Assembly (NCBI GenBank): GCA_964463005.1
Contig: CAYWZZ010000001.1
Location: forward strand, 30,952-94,951
Reading direction: 5' to 3'
Length of the DNA: 64,000 nucleotides
DNA from: an uncultured Candidatus Bathyarchaeia archaeon
GTDB lineage: Archaea > Thermoproteota > CALKCG01 > B24
The position numbers and the translations under genes are program-made. Positions 39,440 to 49,555 of the stretch are shown one piece after another; position 1 is the first letter of the stretch; every line of letters starts with the position of its first letter. The notes under the pieces were generated by a model. That model was given only the letters and a program-made list of their open reading frames with translations, ran no database searches and had not been told where the DNA came from.

Positions 39440-39985
39440 CTACTCTATTTTAAGTTTCTCTCCTTTTGTACTATGTTCAACCTTTTTAAGCCGTACTTCG
39501 AGGACGCCGTTCTTATAAGTTGCTTTGGAAGATTTGGGATCTATAGTGCTTGGAAGCTCAAGTTCCTTACGATAGCGTCTATTGGGAGCATTTACATTTA
39601 TCATTAGAGATTTCTCCGTAGCATTAATTTCTATCTGTTCTTTCTCAACTCCAGGAAGCTCAGCTACAACGACTATTTCATCGTCCTTCTCTATTACGTC
39701 AACTAAAGGTTCAATTTCAGATTTTACTTCAGGACCATATCTGCCTGGGAAAATGTTACCAAATTCTCTTATCACGGGTTTCCCATCAGGGCCTATACGG
39801 ATTGAGAAACCATAAGTGTATACCTTAGATTCACCAGGCTCCATTCTCTCAAACATTCTCTCTGGTTCGAATCTAAAACTTCTACGTATAATATCCTCTA
39901 TCATTCTGTTCATACGCTCGAATTCTTCGTATACATCAAACCACCAATCTCTTCTACGTCTTGACCATCGCTCTTCATCACCCAT
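39440..39985 (-). CDS. Small heat shock protein (Hsp20/alpha-crystallin family)
   Basis: C-terminal alpha-crystallin domain ending ...ATYKNGVLEVRLKK. Confidence 0.7.
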   Translation of the reverse strand: MGDEERWSRRRRDWWFDVYEEFERMNRMIEDIIRRSFRFEPERMFERMEPGESKVYTYGFSIRIGPDGKPVIREFGNIFPGRYGPEVKSEIEPLVDVIEKDDEIVVVAELPGVEKEQIEINATEKSLMINVNAPNRRYRKELELPSTIDPKSSKATYKNGVLEVRLKKVEHSTKGEKLKIE

Positions 39986-40040
39986 AGTAGCACCTCCGAG
40001 ACATATAGGAGAGAACTCAGCTATAAACTTAGTTCTAAAC

Positions 40041-40496
40041 TTACAACATTCTCTTTATTAGGGATGCTATATTTGAACCCCAATCGCCAAAACTACCTTC
40101 GGGATACGGTTTTTTAATTGACTTATAGCCTTTACTAGGTGGATGTAAACGGAAAACTTTTTTAAGCCTTGAAATTTCTTTCAAGGAAACCTTACCTTTG
40201 TATAAGGCTTCAGCAAGCTCATCTATCGAGTTGAACCCTAGAAGCTTAACATTATCTTCATTAAGCCTACCCACCCCCTCTATTTCACCCCTCTTCTTCA
40301 AGAGTTCTTTCAGTGTTTCCAAGTCTATGGTACCGTAGGCTACGTAATGCCTCACTTTATTTACCATACTTATGTATGGTTCAGTATTTGGTAACACTAC
40401 ACAGTGGTTAGGTTTTCTCAAATTCAATCTCTTAAGAGTTTCAGCAAAATCCTTTCTAACGTTTACGGTTCCTCTTATTCTAATGACCGCTATCAA
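40041..40496 (-). CDS. rpl30: 50S ribosomal protein L30 (uL30)
   Basis: MIAVIRIRGTVNVRKDFAETLKRLNL. Confidence 0.85.
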   Translation of the reverse strand: MIAVIRIRGTVNVRKDFAETLKRLNLRKPNHCVVLPNTEPYISMVNKVRHYVAYGTIDLETLKELLKKRGEIEGVGRLNEDNVKLLGFNSIDELAEALYKGKVSLKEISRLKKVFRLHPPSKGYKSIKKPYPEGSFGDWGSNIASLIKRML

Positions 40497-40511
40497 CGTC
40501 TAAAACCTCCT

Positions 40512-41147
40512 TTAACGTTTTTGCAGAGCCAACTCATACGTGCTTTTAAGAGCTTCAAAGGTGGCTTTTATCAGAGAAGAATGTGTTCTAGTGGAGCCGA
40601 ATGTTCTAACCCAACAATCCTTTATACCAGCCAATCTTAGTAGAACTCTAGTAATATCACCAGCTACCAGCCCCAAACCTTTGGGGGCAGGTAGAAGAAC
40701 GACCGAAACGCCTCCACATCTACCTTCAACTTTAAATGGCAGAGAATGAGGAAGATTGCAATCACACTCCCACGAGCCGCATCCACGTCTAATGATTGTC
40801 ATGTTTAATTTAGCGTCTTTGATGGCTTTTTGGAAAGCTGTTCTCCACTGGGTAGCTTTTCCAAAACCTATGCCTAAATGACCATTCATATCTCCAGATG
40901 CCACTATAACTCTAAACCTTGACCGCTCACCAGCATCTGTCTGCTTCTGGACAAAAGCTGTATCTAAAACCTCGTGAGTTAAATTTGGAAGGAGAATGTC
41001 TATTATCTCAGGTTCTCTAATCTTATACCCATTTCTAAAAATCTCTTCAATAGAGGTTATTTTCCCTTCCAACACCAGTCTACCTAGAGTAGTTTTAGGA
41101 GTCCAACCTTCTAGAATACTCTTATCGGATGCCCCGGTTTCAAACAA
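40512..41147 (-). CDS. rps5: 30S ribosomal protein S5 (uS5)
   Basis: dsRBD plus S5 C-terminal domain motifs. Confidence 0.9.
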   Translation of the reverse strand: MFETGASDKSILEGWTPKTTLGRLVLEGKITSIEEIFRNGYKIREPEIIDILLPNLTHEVLDTAFVQKQTDAGERSRFRVIVASGDMNGHLGIGFGKATQWRTAFQKAIKDAKLNMTIIRRGCGSWECDCNLPHSLPFKVEGRCGGVSVVLLPAPKGLGLVAGDITRVLLRLAGIKDCWVRTFGSTRTHSSLIKATFEALKSTYELALQKR

Positions 41148-41149
41148 GT

Positions 41150-41743
41150 TTAAACCCTCCCATAAGCCTTTAGAATTCTATTTTTAACCTCATTGAAGTG
41201 GTCTACAATTGACTCTGCGTCCAAACCTTTCTTAAGATAGTTTGAGAATACTCTCTTATAAAGCTCTGGATTCTCAGTTTTAAGTTTACTGGCATATTCT
41301 GCAATATGCTTCCCACAAATTCTATCGATGCTCGGAAGTATCTCTTCTCCATGGGGGATTTCAAGCCCTGCATCTAAAGCACCTTTAAGAGCTATCGAAA
41401 TACGACCCCCCTTGGTGGGTTTAAAAATACCAGAATCTAATACAGCCTTATTCACACCAATTTTCATGCATTTTAAACCAGCCAATAAACCAGTTAGATA
41501 CGCAATGGGAGAATTATTCCCATGACCAAGCCAACCGAAGTCTCTCATAACTTCTCTACTGTGAGCAGATGCAAGAACAACATCACCTTTAAGTGTAGCT
41601 TTAACAACTTGAACTATTATATTCTTCGATGTTCTTCTGATTACAAACCTAGGCAAACCAGATAGTAGAAGTTTTTTTCTACGTCTATAGTCTGTTTTGA
41701 ATTGAAGCCTTCTCTTCAAAGGGAATTTACGTATCCTATTCAT
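41150..41743 (-). CDS. rpl18: 50S ribosomal protein L18 (uL18)
   Basis: Sequence and position. Confidence 0.9.
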   Translation of the reverse strand: MNRIRKFPLKRRLQFKTDYRRRKKLLLSGLPRFVIRRTSKNIIVQVVKATLKGDVVLASAHSREVMRDFGWLGHGNNSPIAYLTGLLAGLKCMKIGVNKAVLDSGIFKPTKGGRISIALKGALDAGLEIPHGEEILPSIDRICGKHIAEYASKLKTENPELYKRVFSNYLKKGLDAESIVDHFNEVKNRILKAYGRV

Positions 41744-42183
41744 TTAAATCGCCTTCTAGCTAAGTTGTTAACCTCTATATAACGTTTTAAAGACGCTATG
41801 CTATCGAAAGCTCCACCTTTAGCCTTAAGATAGAGTTCTCTGTAAACTCGCCTAGTTATTATCCTCCTGTCTCTTAAGTACTTGAGAAATCTTCTTAGAG
41901 CTCTTACCTTAGCGGGCCAAACGTTTTCCGGGTTTAACCTTGCTTTGAAAGCACCCTTTCGACTACCAGGGCCCCTACGTTTACCCTTACGTGTTCTAGC
42001 TCTAACGCGACTTGTTCCTTTTACAGGTCTTTTGGATATTATTCCACGTTCTATAAGACCTTTAACATCTTCCCTCGTTAAAGCAGACGTTACCTCCTCT
42101 AATTTTGATGGGTCTATCCAAACCCTATTAACTCCAACTCCGAGTATTTCAGCAGCTATTCTTCTTTGAACGCTCACATTCAT
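41740..42183 (-). CDS. rpl19e: 50S ribosomal protein L19e
   Basis: MNVSVQRRIAAEILGVG. Confidence 0.9.
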   Translation of the reverse strand: MNVSVQRRIAAEILGVGVNRVWIDPSKLEEVTSALTREDVKGLIERGIISKRPVKGTSRVRARTRKGKRRGPGSRKGAFKARLNPENVWPAKVRALRRFLKYLRDRRIITRRVYRELYLKAKGGAFDSIASLKRYIEVNNLARRRFK

Positions 42184-42186
42184 CGT

Positions 42187-42663
42187 TTAACCTCCAGTAG
42201 ATGGATTTAATATTCGTATATTCAATTCCTTCGCCTTCTCCAATATTTTAAGCCTCTTCCTTCTACCAACTGTATGAGCTATACGTGCAGCTTGAATGGT
42301 TGGATTTAAACTATCGAGATCATCGGGATTATAAACGATTACTTCCTCAAAACCAGAGGGGTGTAAGTTACGAACTGCCCTAGGGCTGCCATAACCAGAT
42401 TTAACTCTAGCAGGCCAACCTTTAACTTCACGTCTCATCTTATTTGAATGACCCCTTGGAGCTCTCCAATTCTCCTTAACCCTAGTAAGCCTCCAACTTT
42501 CACATCTTACAAAGTCGGGTCTATTGGCGTCAAGTTTAGTCCTAATTTTTAAAAGTCTTATAATGTCTGTGGAAAGTTTAGGTTTAATCTTTACCGATGT
42601 TTTCTCAGAAACTGTTTCCTCAGATGACTTTTCTAAGGCTCTATCTTTGTCTTCAGATGTCAC
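42187..42663 (-). CDS. rpl32e: 50S ribosomal protein L32e
   Basis: ...WRAPRGHSNKMRRE... signature. Confidence 0.85.
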   Translation of the reverse strand: MTSEDKDRALEKSSEETVSEKTSVKIKPKLSTDIIRLLKIRTKLDANRPDFVRCESWRLTRVKENWRAPRGHSNKMRREVKGWPARVKSGYGSPRAVRNLHPSGFEEVIVYNPDDLDSLNPTIQAARIAHTVGRRKRLKILEKAKELNIRILNPSTGG

Positions 42664-43202
42664 ATCCCCACCTCCCTATGGTATATGAAGATTCCATCTA
42701 AGAAGACCCTGGGGTCTCTACCGGTGATTTTAGTAGCGTTCTCTATGTTAGCTGCTGTCTGACCCACTTCTTCAATATCTATTCCTTTGACCACTATATC
42801 ATCTTGCTCAACTGTAACTTTCACGTTTCCAAGTATTTTCGCATATCTCGGTGCGCGTTCACCTATGAAATTTTCAATGATTACATAATTACCTTTAACT
42901 CTAACAGTCATTGGAAAGTGCGCGTATACTATTTTTAAACGGTACGTAAAGCCTTTTGTAACGCCTATTATCATGTTATTTATATGAGCGGCTATAGTAC
43001 CTACTAGGGCTCGTTTATTCCTTCTAGGTTTTCCTATGACTTCAACTATTACTTTATCATCGCCATTTTTTCTGATGGTGAGTTGGCCCATGGCATGAGA
43101 GAAGTCTTTACAAAGCTCACCCAACGGTCCTTTAACCTTAACCTTTAAACCATCTACTTCAACGCTGACGCCTTCAGGAATTTCAATAATTCTAGAACTC
43201 AA
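42660..43202 (-). CDS. rpl6: 50S ribosomal protein L6 (uL6)
   Basis: Sequence and position. Confidence 0.9.
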   Translation of the reverse strand: MSSRIIEIPEGVSVEVDGLKVKVKGPLGELCKDFSHAMGQLTIRKNGDDKVIVEVIGKPRRNKRALVGTIAAHINNMIIGVTKGFTYRLKIVYAHFPMTVRVKGNYVIIENFIGERAPRYAKILGNVKVTVEQDDIVVKGIDIEEVGQTAANIENATKITGRDPRVFLDGIFIYHREVGM

Positions 43203-43220
43203 GGTTTTATACCTCCATGC

Positions 43221-43613
43221 TCAGTAGACATAGGCTAGAAGTTTTCCACCTAAGTGTTTAGCCTCAGCCTCTTTATGAGACATTACTCCCAAAGGTGTTG
43301 AGAGTATTAAGATTCCTATATCTCGAGATGGAAGAAACATCCGTTTATATTCATCAAGTTCTTTAAGTCTAACGGAAAATCTAGGTTTAATAGCTTTACA
43401 CTTATTTATGTTACCCAGAAGTTGTACTCTGAATTTACCCCCTCTTCCATCATCTATAAGTTCAAATTCACCTATATAGCCGTAGATTTGCATAACTCTT
43501 AAAACATTCCCTATTAATTTAGAGGCGGGGTAAATTATGCACTCTCTCTCATGTCTAGCTTCACTGTTGGTGATTATTGCCAGAGCATTCGCAAGAGTAT
43601 CATTCATAACCAT
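43221..43613 (-). CDS. rps8: 30S ribosomal protein S8 (uS8)
   Basis: [12 protein letters not shown]... ATG at 43613 is preceded by GGAGG (7-nt spacer). Confidence 0.9.
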   Translation of the reverse strand: MVMNDTLANALAIITNSEARHERECIIYPASKLIGNVLRVMQIYGYIGEFELIDDGRGGKFRVQLLGNINKCKAIKPRFSVRLKELDEYKRMFLPSRDIGILILSTPLGVMSHKEAEAKHLGGKLLAYVY

Positions 43614-43626
43614 AACGCATCCTCCT

Positions 43627-43791
43627 CTAATTGTACTTCTTAAAGCCAAGTTTTGGAGCTACTTCTCTAAAACATTGACGACATAGCATAAGTCCATACT
43701 GCTGAATAACTGGGCCGTATGAGCCGCATCTGGAGCAAGGTCTAGAACCTTTACCAAACTTACGTTCCTTTTTAGGCTTCTGTTTAGCCAC
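43627..43791 (-). CDS. rps14: 30S ribosomal protein S14 type Z (uS14), zinc-binding
   Basis: Not in the ORF track (54 aa, GTG start). [54 protein letters not shown] with a CxxC...CxxC motif. Terminated by TAG. Confidence 0.8.
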   Translation of the reverse strand: MAKQKPKKERKFGKGSRPCSRCGSYGPVIQQYGLMLCRQCFREVAPKLGFKKYN

Positions 43792-44337
43792 TTAAACCAC
43801 CTCCACACCCAACGTCTCTCTAACGAATGCTATCGATTCCTCCTTTGTTAACCTATGACTCTTTCCAATTTTGCTACGCTTCCATTTTCTTCTAGTTACT
43901 CTATAACCTGGTCTTTCAACGTTTACACAGACATCCATACCTATTATACCCAACGCAGGGTCGTATGTTGTGTTAGGTAAGTCTAAATGGTTTCTTATAC
44001 CTATTGAAAAGTTTCCATGTTCAGTGAAGCTACTAGCAGGTATTTTATAGTTAATTGCTTCGAGGACCCTTTTGAGGAAGTTCATGGCTTTACTTCCCCT
44101 TAAAGTTACTTTAGCAGCTATGGGCTCACCCTTATGTATGTTGAAATCCCGTATTGTTCTCCTCGCTCTACATACGCATGGCTTTGCACCAGTTATGATT
44201 TCGAGGATTTTTAAAGCCTTTTCCAGCGGCTCACCACTCTTACCAACACAGGTATTTACAACAACCTTAGTTATCCTAGGTTTAAGCATGGGATTCATGT
44301 AGCTCAAGATTTTCAACCCCCGGGTAGAGATAAACAT
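43792..44337 (-). CDS. rpl5: 50S ribosomal protein L5 (uL5)
   Basis: Sequence and position. Confidence 0.9.
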   Translation of the reverse strand: MFISTRGLKILSYMNPMLKPRITKVVVNTCVGKSGEPLEKALKILEIITGAKPCVCRARRTIRDFNIHKGEPIAAKVTLRGSKAMNFLKRVLEAINYKIPASSFTEHGNFSIGIRNHLDLPNTTYDPALGIIGMDVCVNVERPGYRVTRRKWKRSKIGKSHRLTKEESIAFVRETLGVEVV

Positions 44338-45062
44338 GGCTTTTCATATCCAACTGGAAAAACATAATCAAGAATTGTGGAGACATTTAAGCCATTTTCG
44401 ATTTCTATGACAGCGGAAGCCTTAGAGGTTAATGAGCCCGGTACCACTTCAACGAGTTTACCCCATTTACCGACGTTGCGACCACCGATAATAAGAACGC
44501 ATACACCTTTTTCAAGTTTAAAATGATCGAGAGTAAGTGGCTTGCTAATATCCATTTTTAAAGTATCGTGAACTTTATACACATCCTCAACGGGGTTTTT
44601 CGGATCTGAAACACGTATCATCATGTTATAGCCATCATGCATGTTAAGTTGAATATGCCCACCCTTCAGGGTAGATTTACCTATTATCTTCCGAAGTTTA
44701 AATTGTGCTTCTTCAGGTTGAATCGGATGTGGAATCAATCCTTTACTTGAGGGAAGTATGCGGTAAAATTTATCGAGTTTCTCTATATGTATTACATCCA
44801 TAAGTCCAACGGGAAAGCCCTTATCACGGACAATCTTACCGTCGACTTTAACGTATCCCCTATTCAGGATAAACTTGACTTCTTTAGCTGTGTGAGCTAG
44901 ACCGAGGTAATCCCTTATAAGGATTTGAAGAGGAATACATCTATCTATCGCATAAGGCCCTGGGCTAGGTTTAACGACCCATTTAAAGGTTTTTCTAGGT
45001 ATATTCCATGATTTCGGCGCCGCCAATCGTTTTAAATGTCTTGACCCACTAATCTTTCCCAA
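44313..45062 (-). CDS. rps4e: 30S ribosomal protein S4e
   Basis: MGKISGSRHLKRLAAPKSW. Confidence 0.9.
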   Translation of the reverse strand: MGKISGSRHLKRLAAPKSWNIPRKTFKWVVKPSPGPYAIDRCIPLQILIRDYLGLAHTAKEVKFILNRGYVKVDGKIVRDKGFPVGLMDVIHIEKLDKFYRILPSSKGLIPHPIQPEEAQFKLRKIIGKSTLKGGHIQLNMHDGYNMMIRVSDPKNPVEDVYKVHDTLKMDISKPLTLDHFKLEKGVCVLIIGGRNVGKWGKLVEVVPGSLTSKASAVIEIENGLNVSTILDYVFPVGYEKPCLSLPGG

Positions 45063-45075
45063 GATAAAAACACCT

Positions 45076-45465
45076 CTACGCTTTTACCACTTCAGGAGTT
45101 TGAATCTTAATTTTCCGCTCTAACGCTTCAACCCTTCTCTTATCATCTAAGTTGAGCTTAGTTATGATTACTTTAGATGGATGTATGGGTATAGGAACTT
45201 TTGAACCGTCGACTTTCTCACGAGTGACACCTTCCACGTAAATACGCATTTTATCCCGATCCACGGCTAAAACAGTACCTGAAAAGCCTTTGAAATCCCC
45301 TCTGACGATTTTAACAGTATCTCCTTTACGTATTGGAAAAGATCTGCGCTTATACTTATCCCTGAGCTCACCGGATAAGTGTGCGGAAAGCATCTTAGCC
45401 TTAACGTGCTTAGAAGCGTTAAAGAGCGCACGTCTCTGTTTTCTAGGTTGTTTAGACATAATCAA
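45076..45465 (-). CDS. rpl24: 50S ribosomal protein L24 (uL24)
   Basis: KOW motif ...IRKGDTVKIVRGDFKG. Confidence 0.9.
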   Translation of the reverse strand: MIMSKQPRKQRRALFNASKHVKAKMLSAHLSGELRDKYKRRSFPIRKGDTVKIVRGDFKGFSGTVLAVDRDKMRIYVEGVTREKVDGSKVPIPIHPSKVIITKLNLDDKRRVEALERKIKIQTPEVVKA

Positions 45466-45470
45466 CCACC

Positions 45471-45935
45471 CTATACGATCATACCCGCTAATGCCGCAAT
45501 TCTAGGCCATCTCTCAGCAGCTTCCATCGCAACGGAGCCTCTTATTTCAGTACCCCGTAGATCTCCCTCAGGTGTTAAGAGAACCGCTGCATTATCTTCG
45601 AAACATATCCAAGTTCCATCAGCTCTTCTATATGGCTTTTTCTGACGGACTATGACAGCGTGCATGACCTGCCCCTTCAATTCAGCTACGCCTCTCCTAA
45701 CACTTACAACAACCATGTCACCTACAGCCGCCGACGGCATTCGTTTAAGCCTACCCTTATACCCTATGACTCCTATTAACTTTAGAAGTTTTGCTCCGGT
45801 GTTATCAGTACACTCTAGGTAAGCACCTACGGGTAAACAACGTGGTATATGAGGCCTATATTCTATGACTGCTACGGCTGATACGGCTCTGGTTTTAGGT
45901 CCACCCTTTGGAGGCCCTTTACGGGACATTTTCAC
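45471..45935 (-). CDS. rpl14: 50S ribosomal protein L14 (uL14)
   Basis: ...[16 protein letters not shown]... signature. The true start may be internal. Confidence 0.85.
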   Translation of the reverse strand: MKMSRKGPPKGGPKTRAVSAVAVIEYRPHIPRCLPVGAYLECTDNTGAKLLKLIGVIGYKGRLKRMPSAAVGDMVVVSVRRGVAELKGQVMHAVIVRQKKPYRRADGTWICFEDNAAVLLTPEGDLRGTEIRGSVAMEAAERWPRIAALAGMIV

Positions 45936-46243
45936 CTACCCTCCAATTTTTCAATAACTACGAAATGTACGGTCTTACTTAAAGGTCTACACTCGGCAAT
46001 GCGGACCTTATCACCCTCCTTGACTTTCAAACATGGTGGACAATGTGCGGGTATTCGGCTACGTCTACGCTCATATCTACGATATTTGGGAACATAGTGA
46101 AAGTACTCTCTAGTGACAATAATCGTATTCTGACTTTTAGCACTAGCGACTATTCCTTCAAAAACTTGGCCTCTTGGATGTAAGACCCCATGGAAAGGAC
46201 AATTTTTATCTCCACAGCTGACATCAGAAGACATCAAGGTCAC
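45932..46243 (-). CDS. rps17: 30S ribosomal protein S17 (uS17)
   Basis: OB-fold sequence ...[17 protein letters not shown].... Confidence 0.85.
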   Translation of the reverse strand: MTLMSSDVSCGDKNCPFHGVLHPRGQVFEGIVASAKSQNTIIVTREYFHYVPKYRRYERRRSRIPAHCPPCLKVKEGDKVRIAECRPLSKTVHFVVIEKLEGR

Positions 46244-46509
46244 CTCTTAAGTCTATCTTCAGGCCTCCCTACGAGTTTTATACCGTCTAGTTCGACCTTA
46301 ACACCATCTTTAAGCGTAAATACAAATGTGCAGACTGCTTTCGGAATAGCTTTAATACGTTGTCTGGATTTAATATATATCATGTTCTTAGTTTCATCTA
46401 CAACTTCTCCTTCTACACTCTCATATGCTCTACACAATGATTTAACGACATGAACTTTAAGACCTATAAGTTCATGCTTCAATATGTTAAAGGGAGTAAT
46501 TGAGCTCAT
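46240..46509 (-). CDS. rnp1: Ribonuclease P protein component 1 (Rpp29/Pop4)
   Basis: ...[12 protein letters not shown]...[13 protein letters not shown]... Sits in the conserved slot between rpl29 and rps17. Confidence 0.7.
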   Translation of the reverse strand: MSSITPFNILKHELIGLKVHVVKSLCRAYESVEGEVVDETKNMIYIKSRQRIKAIPKAVCTFVFTLKDGVKVELDGIKLVGRPEDRLKR

Positions 46510-46733
46510 TTAGACACCGCCTTACGAAGCTTAAGCTCCTCTTCCCTTTGAACTGTGAGAATACGGGCAATGGTACGTCTTATTTCTCTCACTCTAGAAT
46601 AATTTTCAACTGCCCCACCAGCTTTAATAACGGCGTTAAGTTTCATTAGCTCAATCTTAAGCTCAATAAGACGGCGAGCTCTATCCTCAGGGCTCATCGA
46701 CCTTATTTCGCTCATTCTAAGAATAGGCATCAA
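46506..46733 (-). CDS. rpl29: 50S ribosomal protein L29 (uL29)
   Basis: Coiled-coil uL29 sequence. Confidence 0.85.
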   Translation of the reverse strand: MMPILRMSEIRSMSPEDRARRLIELKIELMKLNAVIKAGGAVENYSRVREIRRTIARILTVQREEELKLRKAVSK

Positions 46734-47383
46734 CTACCACTCTCCTGCTTAGACTCTTCACCTTCTTCAAATTCAATCTTTTGAGCTAAATCTTTAATAG
46801 TGATTTTGTCTGGAAACTCCACCCCAGGTGGTAGGATTGTAACCTTTATCCCAAATATTCCGGGTTTAAGCAACAGAGAATATACAGCCGATTTCACATA
46901 TTTCATAGCTGGATCTCCAGATTTAGGGAGATACCCTACTTTATACTTCTCATATCTAGCTCTTTCAGATGTAAGCTTGCCGCTTATCTTAACTTCAGCA
47001 CCTAATGCCCCCGCCTTCATAATACGTTCTAAAGCCCAGAATGCAGCTCTGCGGAAGTGTATACCCTTCTGCATGGCTAATGCTATTCTACTAGCCATTA
47101 TGTATGGGTTAAGCTCGGGGACTGGTATATCAGCCACAGCTATCTGAGGGTTATAAACGTTGAATTTGCTCTGAAGGTCTTTACTTAAAGCCTTAATTAT
47201 CTCTCCACCTTTACCTATGACAAGCCCAGGCCTTAATGCGAAAATTGTAATTCTAGTCCCTAAAGGCGTTTTAGAGATTTCAGCACCACCATATCCTGCG
47301 TCTTTCAAATACTCCATTAGAAATTCATCTAGCTTAAACCTATCCATGTACGGCTTTATGAAGTGTTTTCTAATTGCAGACAT
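46730..47383 (-). CDS. rps3: 30S ribosomal protein S3 (uS3)
   Basis: KH domain plus S3-C domain. Confidence 0.9.
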   Translation of the reverse strand: MSAIRKHFIKPYMDRFKLDEFLMEYLKDAGYGGAEISKTPLGTRITIFALRPGLVIGKGGEIIKALSKDLQSKFNVYNPQIAVADIPVPELNPYIMASRIALAMQKGIHFRRAAFWALERIMKAGALGAEVKISGKLTSERARYEKYKVGYLPKSGDPAMKYVKSAVYSLLLKPGIFGIKVTILPPGVEFPDKITIKDLAQKIEFEEGEESKQESGS

Positions 47384-47483
47384 CTACAGCACCGAGAATC
47401 CCAATCATTATTGAGACTGGCTAATCTAAGATTAGATGGCTTATTAATAAGGTTTACGAAAAATCGCCGAGTAGAGGTATGGT

Positions 47484-47957
47484 TTAAAGTTCGGCTAAAG
47501 CTATTTCAATATGAGTTAAAACTCTAAAGTTAGGAGTTGCACGGGCAAAGGCTCTAGGAGTATAACGTTTTAATACAGTACCTTTTTGAGCAGACGCATG
47601 TATGATTTTAAGTCTATCAACGCTCAGTCCCTTATACTCAGCATTAGCTTCAGCATTCTCTAAAACCTTGAGAATAGCTCTACACGCTTTGACGGGGTAT
47701 CTACCTGCGGACCACTTTTGTAAATCTCTTCTATGTGGAACCTTCTTTTTATAACGTCGATAGGGGATGCTTCTCTTAAGATTGATTACATCTTCCAGAA
47801 GACGCTTCGCATCATCTAGGGATAGCCCTTTTATAGCCCTACAAACTTCTACAGCAGCTTTATGAGAGATCCTTAAATCTCTACCGGAGGCTAGGACTGT
47901 TTTTTCAGGGTCTAAATTTTTCACCGAATAGCCCCAGTTCGGCATAGTTTCCACCAA
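47484..47957 (-). CDS. rpl22: 50S ribosomal protein L22 (uL22)
   Basis: Sequence and position. Confidence 0.85.
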   Translation of the reverse strand: MVETMPNWGYSVKNLDPEKTVLASGRDLRISHKAAVEVCRAIKGLSLDDAKRLLEDVINLKRSIPYRRYKKKVPHRRDLQKWSAGRYPVKACRAILKVLENAEANAEYKGLSVDRLKIIHASAQKGTVLKRYTPRAFARATPNFRVLTHIEIALAEL

Positions 47958-47983
47958 CTCACAATTGGGTTAGCATCAAACCT

Positions 47984-48214
47984 TTAAACATTACGTGTTA
48001 TTATGTTTCTAAAAAGCTTTATGGTTAAAAATCTCCATAAGAATAGCCATAAGAGAAAGAGCAAAACCGTTATAAGAACTTCACATACATTCAGAAGCAT
48101 GGAGTCATCGAACCCTCTCATATAAGTTATCAGAACCGATAAAGAGTAAAGGCCAGCTAACATGCTAATCCAGGCTATTAACAGGTTTATGTAAATCCAA
48201 AGAGTAAACTTCAA
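47984..48214 (-). CDS. Hypothetical small membrane protein
   Basis: 76 aa, two hydrophobic helices, immediately downstream of the glycosyltransferase. Confidence 0.25.
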   Translation of the reverse strand: MKFTLWIYINLLIAWISMLAGLYSLSVLITYMRGFDDSMLLNVCEVLITVLLFLLWLFLWRFLTIKLFRNIITRNV

Positions 48215-48217
48215 TCC

Positions 48218-49207
48218 TTAACCCCCCAATGGCATTACTAGAAGTGTTATGAGAGCGAGCATGGATGAAAACATCGTTAATGTTAAAAATTCTCTAGCAA
48301 TTTCCTTCTCGGTTTTAGCTGAATCCGCCAGTATCATCCTTACAAGTGTTAAGGGAGCCCGTTGATCTTTAACCATTTCTATTAATCCATTCTCTAAAAG
48401 CCTAGTAGGTCTAACGATGATATTCTTCTTCCCCCTAAAACCTCCAGTAGAAAGTATCATGTATGAGTTTAAGATCTGAGGGAGCATAGCTATTATTGCT
48501 ATAATTTCTAAACCGCTCGTAACAACTAAACTCCCTATTGCAGCACCTACTGCAAAGCTCCCCACATTACCAGAGAATACTTTAGCCGGAAATCTATTGT
48601 ATAAGTAAAATGCGAGAGTTGCTCCAGTGAGGGCTAAACCCGTGAGGAAGGCTACGTAATTGCCAGTTAATAGATATGCTACTGTTAATGTCACCATTAT
48701 TATTAGCGCAGAGCCACTCATGGCCCCATTGACGGGGTCGGACATATTCATAGCATTTGCAGTTACACTGAGTGCAATTGGTATGGCTAATGGATACGTT
48801 ATGGTAAGCCTGACCTTACCGATAAACGGTATTATGGGTCTAGGGTTATACACCTTTAAGATCAATATTGGAAAACCGCTTAGTAGCGCAAGAGATATTT
48901 TAGAGATAGTGGGTAAGTCTTTAAAATCATCTAAAAATCCCACAAACGCAGCTATTGCTATAGAGAGTAGAACAGCTAGATACACATTACTAGACTTCGG
49001 AACCGCTATGCTTAGGAAGGCTAAAGATGTAGAGAAGCCGATTAGCATGGATATTCCAACCATTTCCGGAATTTTAGGCTTATCGAGCTTATGTACATCA
49101 ATACCAACTATGCCCCTACTTTTCATGAAAGCGGCCACCTTAGGGGTCGATATGAACGTTGTTAAGAAGCTTATTACGAATGCCGTCAACGCGTGGATGA
49201 TGAACAT
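48218..49207 (-). CDS. Glycosyltransferase family 4 (MraY/WecA/AglH-like) polyprenyl-phosphate HexNAc-1-phosphate transferase
   Basis: Polytopic protein. NAMNMSDPVNG motif matches the N-x-x-N-x-x-D-G-x-D-G family signature. Confidence 0.7.
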   Translation of the reverse strand: MFIIHALTAFVISFLTTFISTPKVAAFMKSRGIVGIDVHKLDKPKIPEMVGISMLIGFSTSLAFLSIAVPKSSNVYLAVLLSIAIAAFVGFLDDFKDLPTISKISLALLSGFPILILKVYNPRPIIPFIGKVRLTITYPLAIPIALSVTANAMNMSDPVNGAMSGSALIIMVTLTVAYLLTGNYVAFLTGLALTGATLAFYLYNRFPAKVFSGNVGSFAVGAAIGSLVVTSGLEIIAIIAMLPQILNSYMILSTGGFRGKKNIIVRPTRLLENGLIEMVKDQRAPLTLVRMILADSAKTEKEIAREFLTLTMFSSMLALITLLVMPLGG

Positions 49208-49555
49208 GCCACCATTCCTGCCTAGCGTGTATAATGAGGATGTCTAAAGTTGTATTTAAACTATAATCAAACTACTCATGAAAGCCTTTTCGCATTTATC
49301 CCTATCCATTTTCAAATTAAGACAAATAATGTTGGGTTGGGTATGTAAAGGTTTTTGGAAGATTTCAGCCGTACAGCTGACCGTGAGTGTTGATGAGTAC
49401 GTTAGACAGGCTTTAAAACTTATAGAGGCAGAATTCAAGTATGTAAAAACCTATAGCAGGGTAATTTGTTCCGAAAACTAGAGTGGAAAAATTAAGGCTC
49501 GAATTTTTAAGACTAGGCATAAAGTTTATTAGATTGAGAATTTTGAATCTAGCCT

